From: Escherichia phage RB69
Sequence record: NC_004928.1
Reading direction: 5' to 3' (one strand)
DNA: 64,000 nt
Shown here: one piece after another, positions 10,502-20,029 of the stretch
Layout: the number at the start of each line of letters is the position of its first letter
How positions within the stretch are numbered: the first letter of the stretch is position 1
Notes under the pieces: model-generated
What the model was told of the DNA's origin: nothing
The model's database searches: none
The model's input: only the letters and a program-made list of their open reading frames with translations
Position numbers and translations under genes: made by a program

Positions 10502-10740
10502 TATTTTTGAAGCATGGAAAGTAAGTAATTTGTATCACGTGGAGTAATATCAACACCCATATCAAAGATGCCTTTATAGATTGGGTATTTGTTTTCGGTT
10601 GTATGGAAGCTGAAACTATTTCCATCACAACTAACAGTAATAGCATCTGTTAAAATGTCATACTCAATCCTAACAATTGAATCCCCAATTTTAACGTCGA
10701 GGTGTTTTTTGAATTTGATAAAATCTAATTCTTGGGCCAT
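10501..10740 (-). CDS. hypothetical protein
   Basis: 79-aa ORF preceded by palindrome promoter at 10760..10803. Confidence 0.45.
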   Translation of the reverse strand: MAQELDFIKFKKHLDVKIGDSIVRIEYDILTDAITVSCDGNSFSFHTTENKYPIYKGIFDMGVDITPRDTNYLLSMLQK

Positions 10741-11018
10741 GATATTTTCCTCATTTTAAGACGATAGGAAGATAATAACATGTCTTCCCTATCGTTGTAC
10801 ATTATTAACCGAACTTTTTTGGCGCCTTTCCAGCCTTCGTACATAACTGCACAAGTCAGTAGTACAGCGTGCTGGCATTCTTTGTATTTGTAAATCCAGA
10901 ACCAGCGTAAGAAGTCTTCATCCTCAACGCCGGTGGATTTCATATTGGCAAAGAATTCGGCACGTTCTTCACGAAGCTTTTGCGATAACATAGATTCAGG
11001 ATTCATTTTGTGTTCCAC
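10725..11018 (-). CDS. hypothetical protein
   Basis: 97-aa ORF. Confidence 0.4.
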   Translation of the reverse strand: MEHKMNPESMLSQKLREERAEFFANMKSTGVEDEDFLRWFWIYKYKECQHAVLLTCAVMYEGWKGAKKVRLIMYNDREDMLLSSYRLKMRKISWPKN

Positions 11019-11144
11019 ACCCCATTTTCATCGATGAACTTAATCCAGTCATTTACAGACCATTTAGTTGTATCACCCTTTGGATTAACATTTAAAGTAT
11101 ATAATCCCTGCTTAAAAAGCATTCGTTTGATATTCATAATTTCC

Positions 11145-11438
11145 TCAACTGTAACGATAACATTCGTTAGCTTTACGTTTGGCTTCAGTATGAGAAGTAT
11201 TATAATCATAATCTTCTTTACTGTAAACATCTTTTTTCAACTTACGAACTTCTTTGCGGAGTTGTCGATTCATTTCATTCTTGACTTCAGAATCAACGCC
11301 TTTCATACGTTTCCATTTATCTGAGCGGAAAATGTTTTCAACCATGTCTTTGTGGCTAACACCGTCAGGAGCTTTACGTTTACCAATGTAATAAAAATCT
11401 TTAGAAGACAAATCTTTACGACGATACGTTTTACCCAT
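11145..11438 (-). CDS. hypothetical basic protein
   Basis: Track ORF 11145..11489 trimmed to MGKTYRRKD; lysine/arginine-rich. Confidence 0.4.
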   Translation of the reverse strand: MGKTYRRKDLSSKDFYYIGKRKAPDGVSHKDMVENIFRSDKWKRMKGVDSEVKNEMNRQLRKEVRKLKKDVYSKEDYDYNTSHTEAKRKANECYRYS

Positions 11439-11445
11439 AAGTACC

Positions 11446-11694
11446 TCAGAGATTGATTTCAATGATACGTTTGATATACTGCACATCACTTACTGAAAGG
11501 TCTTTAAGACCAATTGATTCTAAACGTTGTGCAAATGTTAACATATGGGTGAAGTCCAATTGCGTTTTAGTCATTTGATAAGTGTGAATGCCATTAGCAA
11601 ATTCAACCTTCAAATCGTTAATGGTGACGAAAATCATTCGTTCATCATTCATGTTAAGAACTAGAACAACTTTCTTTGAGTCTAAACTAATCAT
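11446..11694 (-). CDS. hypothetical protein
   Basis: 82-aa ORF. Confidence 0.4.
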   Translation of the reverse strand: MISLDSKKVVLVLNMNDERMIFVTINDLKVEFANGIHTYQMTKTQLDFTHMLTFAQRLESIGLKDLSVSDVQYIKRIIEINL

Positions 11695-11876
11695 AGTTTA
11701 ATTTCCTTCGCAATTGAACAGAAGATGCCACGGTCACAAATCATTTCACCGATTCCAGGATACTTGATTGAGCGATACCAAACATCTAGAGTTGAAACTT
11801 TGGTTATTATAATAACATTGCCGTTAACGGAATAATACTGATCAACCTTAATTTCTTTATCTTCAATTGTCATTTT
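11691..11876 (-). CDS. hypothetical protein
   Basis: Track ORF 11691..12035 trimmed to MTIEDKEIK; the upstream extension contains a promoter-like element. Confidence 0.35.
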   Translation of the reverse strand, partial: KMTIEDKEIKVDQYYSVNGNVIIITKVSTLDVWYRSIKYPGIGEMICDRGIFCSIAKEIKL

Positions 11877-12088
11877 GTTTTCCTCTGTGGTAGATGATGC
11901 TAATCTTAACATATCTATCGAGGATGTAAACTGTTTTATGAAAATATTTTTGATTTGAGAGGGGCACAAGGAGATAGTGAAGTGAAGATTCCAATGGATT
12001 ATATTAGAAATGAGATAAAGAAGACCAGGCGGCACCTGGTCAATCTTCTATGATATCAGAGTCGTATCCTAATGAAATCAAGGACTTT

Positions 12089-12361
12089 TTAAACTCTGCA
12101 ATATCTTTGTTTCTTATCATTTAAAAATATGACAGGATAACGAATATTAAGTGAAGTGAATCCTGCACGTTTAGCAAGAGATACGATTAAAGGACGGTCA
12201 TATTCAATCTTACCATTATTAGTGAGGACTTTATAAAATGTATAAGGAGCATTGAGCTCCTTTAAAAGTTTTGTAACAGTATAACATCCTGGACAACGTC
12301 CAACTTCTTCAGGGATGCCATATATTTCAATCTTGTTCTTTAAGTTCGAGTTTTGTTCCAC
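12089..12361 (-). CDS. nrdH: glutaredoxin-like protein (NrdH position); start codon uncertain
   Basis: CPGC redox motif (IEIYGIPEEVGRCPGCY); track N-terminal extension overlaps upstream ORF; possible GTG start. Confidence 0.5.
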   Translation of the reverse strand: MEQNSNLKNKIEIYGIPEEVGRCPGCYTVTKLLKELNAPYTFYKVLTNNGKIEYDRPLIVSLAKRAGFTSLNIRYPVIFLNDKKQRYCRV

Positions 12362-12644
12362 GAGAAATAATTCCTTGGTAAGCCCAATAAGGAGGATTAA
12401 CAGAATCCTCACCAGAGTTTTCTTCAGGAAAATAAACCTGGATAACAAATCCAGATGCATCAAAGGTAAAATAAACCGTAGGCAGTTCACCTAACAATTC
12501 GGCACGAGCATTAATTTCTTCGAGATCCCGTTCACGTCCAGCCCAAAAACTAGGATTTAGATTACATTCGTAAAAATAATAGTCATTACCGAACATATCA
12601 AACCCCTTCCAACTCTCTACCACATACCGCTCAAAACTAATCAT
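12327..12644 (-). CDS. hypothetical protein
   Basis: 105-aa ORF with ATG start. Confidence 0.5.
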   Translation of the reverse strand: MISFERYVVESWKGFDMFGNDYYFYECNLNPSFWAGRERDLEEINARAELLGELPTVYFTFDASGFVIQVYFPEENSGEDSVNPPYWAYQGIISRGTKLELKEQD

Positions 12645-12646
12645 AA

Positions 12647-12862
12647 TTAAGCCTTTTTATCAAGAACAGAATTCAGTTTATTAGTAATTTTGTCCAAACG
12701 TTCATTGAATTCGCTGGAGGATAAACCCTTTTCCGGAGAAATTAAACTAATCACGAAAAATACACCAGTAAAAGGAATAAGAAAAATAGCTCCAACTGCC
12801 ATAAACAGAAAGAATGTTACAGTTGTAAGAAAATCAGCTAAACCTTTACGAAATTTATACAT
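12647..12862 (-). CDS. small membrane protein
   Basis: 71 aa with a long hydrophobic segment. Confidence 0.5.
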   Translation of the reverse strand: MYKFRKGLADFLTTVTFFLFMAVGAIFLIPFTGVFFVISLISPEKGLSSSEFNERLDKITNKLNSVLDKKA

Positions 12863-12976
12863 ATTTACCCTTAATTAATTAACCAAACATTGATAAGCAC
12901 TAAACTATATTGCGAATAAAATTCTGGGCCAAAATGAAAAATCATATCATTTATAGTGTCCATAATGTAATTCAAT

Positions 12977-13447
12977 TTAATCATGTTTCCACACCCCATC
13001 GGTATTTGACCAAAGTCGCTGATTATCTGATCCTCGCCATAGCTTTTTGGTCGGAAGATTTTTCTCATACTTCCCATCAATAATAACATCAACATATTTA
13101 AGCATTTCTAGTTGTTTAATATCTTCAAACTTGTATCCTGTCCACAACCAAATGCTTTTATTGGGATAAAGATTTTTTACTGTTTGAGCAATGCAATGAA
13201 TAACATCTCGATTGTCAGGATAGAGAGGGTCACCTCCGGTTATAGTCAATCCTTCTATATAATCGTTATTCAAACATTCAATTAATTGTTCTAGTGTTTC
13301 ACCAGTGAATGGAACACCATTTCTAGCATTCCATGTTGATTTATTATAACACCCTTCACATTTATGCAAACAACCTGTAACGAAAAGAACGACCCTACAA
13401 CCAGGGCCATTCACAAAATCGCAAGGATAAAATCTATCATAATTCAT
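12977..13447 (-). CDS. nrdG: anaerobic ribonucleotide reductase activating protein NrdG (radical SAM)
   Basis: 156 aa; CLHKCEGCYN cysteine cluster; near-identical to T4 NrdG. Confidence 0.9.
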   Translation of the reverse strand: MNYDRFYPCDFVNGPGCRVVLFVTGCLHKCEGCYNKSTWNARNGVPFTGETLEQLIECLNNDYIEGLTITGGDPLYPDNRDVIHCIAQTVKNLYPNKSIWLWTGYKFEDIKQLEMLKYVDVIIDGKYEKNLPTKKLWRGSDNQRLWSNTDGVWKHD

Positions 13448-15261
13448 TGGTGTTTAACCCTATGCATGATTTCTTTATTTTTACCGAGATTAAATCCGCG
13501 TTCGTTCGGATTTCCCAAATAACCGCATGTTCTTCTTATGGTGTTCATCTTTTTAGGATCAGTTTCTCCACAAATAGAACAAACAAATCCGGTTTCAGTA
13601 GGAGTCATTTCATGGGTACTTCCGCATGTAAAACATTTATCTACTGGCATATTAACACCAAAATAATCTAAATGTTGTGCAGCATAATCCCACACGGCCT
13701 CAAGACCTTTTAAGTTATTTTTCATATCAGGAAGTTCAACATAAGAAATGTGACCACCTGTCGCAATGAAATGATATGGCGCTTCACGAGAAATCTTTTC
13801 AAACGGAGTAATATTTTCTTCTACTGAAACATGGAAACTATTAGTGTACCAGCCTTTATCAGTAACATCCTTTACACTTCCATATTTTTCTGTATCAAGT
13901 TTACAGAAGCGATAACAAAGGTTTTCAGCAGGTGTAGAATACAAGCTAAAAGCAAACCCAGTTCTTTCAGTCCATTGTTTAAGAAGAGCATTCATTTTAG
14001 TTAAAATTTCTTGTCCAATATCACGACCGACAAGAATATTCAATTCGTGAATACCAATGTATCCTAGGGACACTGAACTTCTACCATTTTTAAATAACTC
14101 AATTATGTCATCATCAGGTTTAAGACGAACCCCGAATGCACCTTCTTGGTAAAGAATAGGAGCAACAGTAGCTTTAACTCCTTTTAAGGAACTAATTCTA
14201 CACATCAAAGCTTCAAAACACAGGTCCATTCGCTCATCGAACAATTCAGTAAATTTCTGTTCATTGAACTGTGTTCCAATATAAGAATCTAACGCAATAC
14301 GAGGAAGATTCAGTGTTACAACGCCAAGATTATTGCGTCCATCAAGAATTTCATTGCCAGTTGAATCTTTCCATATGCTCAAGAAACTACGGCAACCCAT
14401 TGGAGAAACAGGAACTGAAGAACCGGTAATAGCTTTATTATTCTTAACCGAAATAATGTCAGGATACATTCTTTTGCTTGCGCACTCTAACGCAAGTTGT
14501 TTAATATCATAGTTCGGATCATCTTTATAAAGATTAACACCTTCTTCAACAAACATAACAAGTTTAGGAAAAATAGGAGTTATTCCATCACGACCAAGAC
14601 CTTTAATGCGGTTTTTAAGAATTGCTTTCTGAATCATTCGTTCAGTCCAGTCAGTTCCCGTACCAAATGTAATTGTTACAAAAGGCGTTTGTCCGTTTGA
14701 ACTAAAGAGAGTATTTACTTCATATTCATAAGCTTGGAATGCATCGTATACGTCTTTTTCTGTTTTAGACTGGGCATAATTCAACGCATCAGCGATTTGC
14801 CATTTTTCTGCATCCTCAATATGTTTTGCATAGGTGCGTTTAACATAAGGAGAAAGTACTTTATCTACATTAGCAAAAGTCGTTCCGCCGTATTGATGGG
14901 AAGCAACCTGTGCAGTAATTTGTGCCATAATTGCAGTAGCAACGCCAATAGATTTAGGCGTTTCAATTTGAGCATTGCCTAATTTAAATCCATTCTCAAG
15001 CATCCCCTTTAAATCGACTAAACAGCAATTGGTAAACGGAAGAGCAGGAGAATAATCAATATCATGCATGTGAATGATTCCGCTTTCATGCGCATGCATA
15101 ATAAAAGACGGGACCATATTTTTGGCAATGTGCTTAGACACAATACCAGCCATAAGGTCCCGTTGAGTTGGAAAAACACGAGAATCTTTATTAGCATTCT
15201 CGTTCAAAAGATCTTTATTAGTTTTATAAATTAATCCTTCAATTTCTTTTTCAATTTTCAT
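13444..15261 (-). CDS. nrdD: anaerobic ribonucleoside-triphosphate reductase NrdD (glycyl radical enzyme)
   Basis: 605 aa; C-terminal glycyl radical motif RTCGYLG; uninterrupted ORF. Confidence 0.9.
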   Translation of the reverse strand: MKIEKEIEGLIYKTNKDLLNENANKDSRVFPTQRDLMAGIVSKHIAKNMVPSFIMHAHESGIIHMHDIDYSPALPFTNCCLVDLKGMLENGFKLGNAQIETPKSIGVATAIMAQITAQVASHQYGGTTFANVDKVLSPYVKRTYAKHIEDAEKWQIADALNYAQSKTEKDVYDAFQAYEYEVNTLFSSNGQTPFVTITFGTGTDWTERMIQKAILKNRIKGLGRDGITPIFPKLVMFVEEGVNLYKDDPNYDIKQLALECASKRMYPDIISVKNNKAITGSSVPVSPMGCRSFLSIWKDSTGNEILDGRNNLGVVTLNLPRIALDSYIGTQFNEQKFTELFDERMDLCFEALMCRISSLKGVKATVAPILYQEGAFGVRLKPDDDIIELFKNGRSSVSLGYIGIHELNILVGRDIGQEILTKMNALLKQWTERTGFAFSLYSTPAENLCYRFCKLDTEKYGSVKDVTDKGWYTNSFHVSVEENITPFEKISREAPYHFIATGGHISYVELPDMKNNLKGLEAVWDYAAQHLDYFGVNMPVDKCFTCGSTHEMTPTETGFVCSICGETDPKKMNTIRRTCGYLGNPNERGFNLGKNKEIMHRVKHQ

Positions 15262-15731
15262 TTTAAACTCTTTCTAAGCTGCTTTTTGAATGAAGCTATT
15301 AATTGTGTTTTAGTATCAGATTCATTATATTCAAATCCTCTTTGAAGCATCTCAGCCATCATTTCCTCTTTACCTAGTCTTGAGAACTCTTTAGTTTTGT
15401 CTGGAACAAAATTAGGATGGATATTATTATCAGAATAATCTTGTTTCAAATAAGCAAGAAGAGCTTCAAGCCATTCTAAGTAGTCAACGTTTTGTCCTTT
15501 CAAACCGGAACGGTTGAACTTATGCTTCATTTGACCTTCTGCTGCGTTGCACAGATTACAGAGTAATCCACGAACTCTACCGGCTTTTGGCCCGTTTAAT
15601 TCATGGTCGTGGTCAAGATGGTTACCTTGAACATCAGGGTCTAATTCACGGTGGCAAATAGGACACTTACCGTTCTGTGCATCATAAAATTTTTGTTTTT
15701 CTTCTTTATATTTTGCGCCTGATAATAACAT
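15258..15731 (-). CDS. 49: endonuclease VII (Holliday junction resolvase) gp49
   Basis: 157 aa; MLLSGAKYKEEKQKFYDAQNGKCPIC... near-identical to T4 gp49. Confidence 0.9.
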   Translation of the reverse strand: MLLSGAKYKEEKQKFYDAQNGKCPICHRELDPDVQGNHLDHDHELNGPKAGRVRGLLCNLCNAAEGQMKHKFNRSGLKGQNVDYLEWLEALLAYLKQDYSDNNIHPNFVPDKTKEFSRLGKEEMMAEMLQRGFEYNESDTKTQLIASFKKQLRKSLK

Positions 15732-15744
15732 GATAAACCCTTAC

Positions 15745-15790
15745 CTTAAATAGATAAGGGTATTTATAATTTAGTAAACGTTATAAAAGT
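15745..15790 (-). promoter_or_regulatory. promoter region upstream of gene 49 (late TATAAATA box plus early-like GTTTAC/TATAAA)
   Basis: forward TATTTATA at 15761..15768 gives TATAAATA on minus strand; GTTTAC 17 nt upstream. Confidence 0.4.
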
Positions 15791-15950
15791 CTCGATGAAA
15801 ACGTTTATATTGACGAATCATTTTCTTAGTAGGACGTGTTACTGAAATAATTGAAGTAGTCATAGTCGGATTGTTTGGAGCGCCAGTCATAACAAATTTC
15901 CAGGATTTTTGGCCATTTTTTCTTTCACCATAAAATAATTCAGTTTTCAT
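15771..15950 (-). CDS. small basic protein (59 aa), paralog of the disrupted copy at 16375..16546
   Basis: ATG with SD AAAGG; MKTELFYGERKNGQKSWKF...RPTKKMIRQYKRFHRDFYNVY; below the track length cutoff. Confidence 0.4.
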   Translation of the reverse strand: MKTELFYGERKNGQKSWKFVMTGAPNNPTMTTSIISVTRPTKKMIRQYKRFHRDFYNVY

Positions 15951-15959
15951 AATAAACCT

Positions 15960-16373
15960 TTAACTTAAACGTCTTTCTAAATATTCAATGTATTCCGCTG
16001 CGGCTTGCATCAGATTACCTTCATAACCGTCATTATTTTCTTGGGCGGCTAATTTAGCTAAAGCATAAGAAATACGTTCACCTTCGAATTCGCCAAGTCC
16101 ACCATCACAAACTACTTGGTCAATTTCTTCGAGTTCATCTATTGAATGGGATTCCCAGAAGCACCAAAGAGAAGTATCACGGTCATAGATGCAAAGTTTC
16201 TCACCTGTGTTCAACATCACTTCGATAATGCCATGGTCGCCATAACCATCTTCGGTAGTAGTACCAATTACCTTGATGATTGTTCCTTTCTTTAATTCAG
16301 GAAACTTGACTTGTAGTTCTTCATCTTCTTTAACAATCTTGAACCATTTACCGCGAGTTTCAGAAATATTCAT
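15960..16373 (-). CDS. hypothetical protein (pin position)
   Basis: Track ORF 15960..16511 trimmed to MNISETRGKW; the N-terminal extension is another gene in a different frame. Confidence 0.5.
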   Translation of the reverse strand: MNISETRGKWFKIVKEDEELQVKFPELKKGTIIKVIGTTTEDGYGDHGIIEVMLNTGEKLCIYDRDTSLWCFWESHSIDELEEIDQVVCDGGLGEFEGERISYALAKLAAQENNDGYEGNLMQAAAEYIEYLERRLS

Positions 16374-16374
16374 A

Positions 16375-16546
16375 TCAATATTCTCTATAAAAGTTACGAT
16401 GAGAACGTTTAGCTTTGCGAAGCTGACGTTTAGTAGGACGAACTGTAAATGGTTGTCCAGAGAAAAAATTCGGATCGGTTTTAATAAGCAAATACCAATC
16501 ATGTTTGCCATTTTTTTAATAAACGGTACAATAATTTAACTTGCAT
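16375..16546 (-). pseudogene. frameshifted paralog of the 15771..15950 small basic protein (A7 homopolymer)
   Basis: ATG at 16546 reads MQVKLLYRLLKKWQT-stop; a +1 shift at the A7 run restores NGKHDWYLL...RPTKRQLRKAKRSHRNFYREY, homologous to the intact copy. Confidence 0.35.
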
Positions 16547-17028
16547 AATAATCTCTTCCCATTTCCATATCAATTAATTCATTTATTGAAGGTTCATCAT
16601 AACATGGTTCTTCGTCGTTGTAAACCGTTTCGACGTCTGGCTCGACAGTCTCCCATCGAGCAGAATACCACGGTTTAACCCCGGAGTTTATTGAGCTCTT
16701 CATAATCAATCCAGGATTCTAGCCCTGACGGCAGGTCACATTCAATGTTCCACAGAAGCTCTTCAATGGCTTGCAGGCGATTATATTCTTCAACGGTAAT
16801 GGTAACCATTGGTGCAACCGGTTCTGCCTTTTTAACCATCATATCGTTCATCAGGACGTAAAGGTCATCACGAACGACAGTGTCCGTTCCAACCCCATGA
16901 TTTGGCTTCGTAAGCTAATGATGAAGGGAGCACATTTAAAACTTCAAAAATAGTTGGAGCATCAGGACCAAGTTCATTGGCACAAACTTCGTATACATCT
17001 TGGAAATCTTTAAGATTTAATGAATATG

Positions 17029-17292
17029 TCATTTAAAATATTCTCGCAGTTGGTCAAATCCACCAATGTGACTTCCGTCAGGAGCAAACACTTGAGGCAT
17101 AGTCAATCCGACTTGTGATTCACGTCCAAGCTTAACCAGAAGCTCAGCAATTTTCTCATCATCAAAAACACCTTTTTCTGGCATAACATTAATGAATTCG
17201 AACGGCTGTTTCTTAACAGTCAGCAATCGTTTCGCATTATCACAATAAATGCATTTATGAATAGTAGAGTCATACCCGTACACTTTAAACAT
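17029..17292 (-). CDS. nrdC: thioredoxin/glutaredoxin NrdC
   Basis: MFKVYGYDSTIHKCIYCDNAKRLL near-identical to T4 NrdC; start trimmed. Confidence 0.9.
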   Translation of the reverse strand: MFKVYGYDSTIHKCIYCDNAKRLLTVKKQPFEFINVMPEKGVFDDEKIAELLVKLGRESQVGLTMPQVFAPDGSHIGGFDQLREYFK

Positions 17293-17698
17293 TATTTTTC
17301 CTTTCATCGATTAAATATGCAATGCCAAATACAATACATGTAATAAAACCTGTGATACAGATAGAAACCAACAACACTGTACCAAAGAACCAAATCAAGT
17401 TATCTTTAGTAGTTTGTTTGATATCCATCTCACGAATTTCTATAGCTATCGTATCACCTTTATTCAGAAGCGTATAAAACGATGGTGATACACGCCTGTC
17501 AAAAACTCGTCCTTGCTCATCTTTATAGACTGCAATAAATTCTAATTTAGAATATTTTCCTGTAGATTGGCCTGAGATTAATTCCACTACCTCCACAGGA
17601 ATTACTTTAGTTTCCATGTAAGTATTCTGGCTGTTCCAAATGAATGGAATAATAGCAAAAACTAAAGCTGCGATAAAACAACGAAGGCTATATCTCAT
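17285..17698 (-). CDS. membrane protein
   Basis: 137 aa with N- and C-terminal hydrophobic helices. Confidence 0.5.
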   Translation of the reverse strand: MRYSLRCFIAALVFAIIPFIWNSQNTYMETKVIPVEVVELISGQSTGKYSKLEFIAVYKDEQGRVFDRRVSPSFYTLLNKGDTIAIEIREMDIKQTTKDNLIWFFGTVLLVSICITGFITCIVFGIAYLIDERKNNV

Positions 17699-18003
17699 TA
17701 TAATGTTCTCTCAAATTTGTGGAAGCATTTACGGCATTTCAATTTCAAGTTATCAGTGGTCCAGTTAACCAGTTGGACTTGGATAGTTCCACATTCCGGA
17801 TATGGATGGTTTGATGCCGATTTGGCAGCATTTTCACGTCGTTCAACCATTTTCATTATTTCGTTCCATGCTGGAGGAACGAACTCTTCTTCACCATGAA
17901 TTTTATCTCGCTGAACAAATTCAATCTTTGAACTATCGTCAATAAACTTAACCAAGCCATGATTAGTGCTCATATCAATATCCTCTAAAAGACGTAGTTT
18001 CAT
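17698..18003 (-). CDS. hypothetical protein with C-terminal Cys-rich region
   Basis: 101 aa; C..C..H / CRKC motif suggests a zinc-binding fold. Confidence 0.45.
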   Translation of the reverse strand: MKLRLLEDIDMSTNHGLVKFIDDSSKIEFVQRDKIHGEEEFVPPAWNEIMKMVERRENAAKSASNHPYPECGTIQVQLVNWTTDNLKLKCRKCFHKFERTL

Positions 18004-18947
18004 TATAACACCTCAATGGCATTTCGTAAACCATCCGCTTTCGCATTCAGAGCTTTTAACGATTTAGTTTGTTCTGCAATCTGGGCTTCGACTTCTTTCA
18101 GACGAGATTTGAGATATTCGCGTTCTTCTCTTAAGTTATCAACCTTTTCTGCTTTAGGTTCTTTAATAGGCTTAAACACATTAGGGTTCTTCAGTTTAAT
18201 TTTAATTCGAGAACTGAATAACATTGAACCGTTATCTTCGGTTTCACTGTGCATTTCTACCACGTCCATGATTCTTAACATCATGCGAAGTTTATAAGAC
18301 AGCGAACGAACGGTTTTATTGTGCTTCTTAATTTCTTCAGCTTTCATGGTGCCGAGATTACGTGAGTAATAATAAGGAACCTGAATATCAATTGATAATG
18401 ATGCGGTACCATTACCGGTTGGTTTGAACACTGCAGTAACCCAATCTTTAACATGAACTTTATTTGTACGATCATCGCCGCCAGTGAATAATTTACAAGA
18501 ATGTTTAAAAAGCATATTCACTTGGTTATTGAATTCACAAGCAAATTTATCAGCAAATTTAGTTTCAGGAATGGTAGAGAACCAATCAGCTAAATGAGTC
18601 TTTTTAACATCATTAACAATAGTGAATTCAACCAAATCGGTTTTAGATGTCACAGATTTAATAAAGCTCGGCTTCATAAAGTTTTTGATGTTATCACGAG
18701 CTACAGTAGAAGATAATAAACGAGAACGTTTGAACCATTGAAGCAGTGTCCCTAATGAATGAGAATACGCATTCTGAGTATCTTTACAGATATGATTTTC
18801 TTGGCCCGTGTATGTACCAAAATCGCGAAGAATACCACTTACTACATCTCGGTGTGGAACATCAAATCCTAGTGCACCAACAGCGCGCTGGGCATGAACG
18901 TTAGCGATAAGACCGGCAAAGTATTCAATGTAATGTGAACGTGTCAT
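18003..18947 (-). CDS. hypothetical protein (314 aa) with C-terminal coiled coil
   Basis: Long ORF driven by promoter cassette at 18976..19006. Confidence 0.55.
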   Translation of the reverse strand: MTRSHYIEYFAGLIANVHAQRAVGALGFDVPHRDVVSGILRDFGTYTGQENHICKDTQNAYSHSLGTLLQWFKRSRLLSSTVARDNIKNFMKPSFIKSVTSKTDLVEFTIVNDVKKTHLADWFSTIPETKFADKFACEFNNQVNMLFKHSCKLFTGGDDRTNKVHVKDWVTAVFKPTGNGTASLSIDIQVPYYYSRNLGTMKAEEIKKHNKTVRSLSYKLRMMLRIMDVVEMHSETEDNGSMLFSSRIKIKLKNPNVFKPIKEPKAEKVDNLREEREYLKSRLKEVEAQIAEQTKSLKALNAKADGLRNAIEVL

Positions 18948-18975
18948 AATGTTTTCCTCTCGTTAAGATAGAAAG

Positions 18976-19006
18976 ATTATACTCCAACCATCCTTGGTTG
19001 TAAACT
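18976..19006 (-). promoter_or_regulatory. early promoter cassette (TATAAT; CCAACCA-tcc-TTGGTTG palindrome; GTTTACA -35)
   Basis: minus strand reads GTTTACAACCAAGGATGGTTGGAGTATAAT. Confidence 0.5.
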
Positions 19007-19069
19007 GTTTTTATGATTTTAATGCATTCATTGCGTTAAAAAGTTTAGAATACTGCAACTGGAGATTCG

Positions 19070-19972
19070 TTACAACACTTTGAGCATCACGGAGCTTAGC
19101 TTGTGCCTTGTCCAGTTCAACAGACAGTTGGTCCACGGGGGCTTTGATTTGGTTGTAATGGTAATCTTCGGCCGGAAGAAGGCATTAGAACATTTAGTTT
19201 TACTGCCGACAGTTTGCACACATTTGGCAACCTTTAACATACCAGGTTGTGCCGGAGCTGGAGAATATGCACCTAAGACTTCGGCATTACCAACTGGTGT
19301 TGCAGTAATTGACGCTTCGAACGTTGCATTTTCCTTTTTAAGATTTTGATAGTATTCAGAGTCTTTGTGCCACCATGGCGCAGGAACCTTTTTACCAATA
19401 GATACACGAGCCTGGATAGCAATATGACCCTTATTCTTGATGGGGTCGATAATATTAAGCTCACGAGAATAAATTGCTTTAATCTGGTGGATATTATCAC
19501 CTAACACTTCCAACGCTTGGTGGAATACACGAGCAACGTTATCATTCTTAGGTTTATACGTAAGAGTGAACTCATTCTCACTGATAACCATGATTTCCAA
19601 CTTATCGTAAGTATATTTCAAATGTTTCATGTTAATTGCTTGAGGACGAATACGAGAAGCAATGGCCAACAGATTGTTAAGGTTATTTCTGAACTGTTTA
19701 GCAAAATATTGTCCGTAGCCGCCGATACAAAAATTACGAAGTTTCTGTTTGGCTAATAAACGGCTGAACTCACCATTTTTAATGAACTCTTTAACGGGTG
19801 TGTTAGTAACGCATTCAAATTGAGTAAACTTACGAGAATTAATCCCATAATATGAACAGATTTCCTCAATCTCTTCAGGAGTCTTTACAGGCATACGGAT
19901 AGGATTAGGTCCTGGAGTATATGCGTTCGAGGTAAATTCTTTGATAAGTTCTCTACGTGTAATAGAAGCCAT
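19070..19972 (-). CDS. hypothetical protein (300 aa)
   Basis: Long ORF with its own promoter cassette. Confidence 0.55.
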   Translation of the reverse strand: MASITRRELIKEFTSNAYTPGPNPIRMPVKTPEEIEEICSYYGINSRKFTQFECVTNTPVKEFIKNGEFSRLLAKQKLRNFCIGGYGQYFAKQFRNNLNNLLAIASRIRPQAINMKHLKYTYDKLEIMVISENEFTLTYKPKNDNVARVFHQALEVLGDNIHQIKAIYSRELNIIDPIKNKGHIAIQARVSIGKKVPAPWWHKDSEYYQNLKKENATFEASITATPVGNAEVLGAYSPAPAQPGMLKVAKCVQTVGSKTKCSNAFFRPKITITTKSKPPWTNCLLNWTRHKLSSVMLKVL

Positions 19973-19998
19973 TTTATATTCCTCATGTTGAAAAATTT

Positions 19999-20029
19999 AT
20001 TATACTCCAACCATCCTTGGTTGTACATC
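19999..20029 (-). promoter_or_regulatory. early promoter cassette, near-identical to 18976..19006
   Basis: same CCAACCATCCTTGGTTG palindrome and TATAAT. Confidence 0.5.

Noticed and set aside
12871-13095. ORF 12871..13095 (74 aa)
   Set aside because: Overlaps the 3' part of nrdG in another frame on the same strand; nrdG is strongly supported
13444-15261. Group I intron or homing endonuclease insertion in nrdD or elsewhere
   Set aside because: nrdD is one uninterrupted 605-aa ORF; no GIY-YIG or HNH motifs were recognised in flanking ORFs; no intron-like structured gaps in conserved genes
15960-16511. Full-length track ORF 15960..16511 (183 aa) and other N-terminally extended track ORFs (3406..4107, 8979..9554, 1432..1809, 51763..53790)
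   Set aside because: The extensions start at non-ATG codons, overlap upstream genes or promoters, and homology to T4 proteins begins at an internal ATG with a good SD; trimmed starts were used
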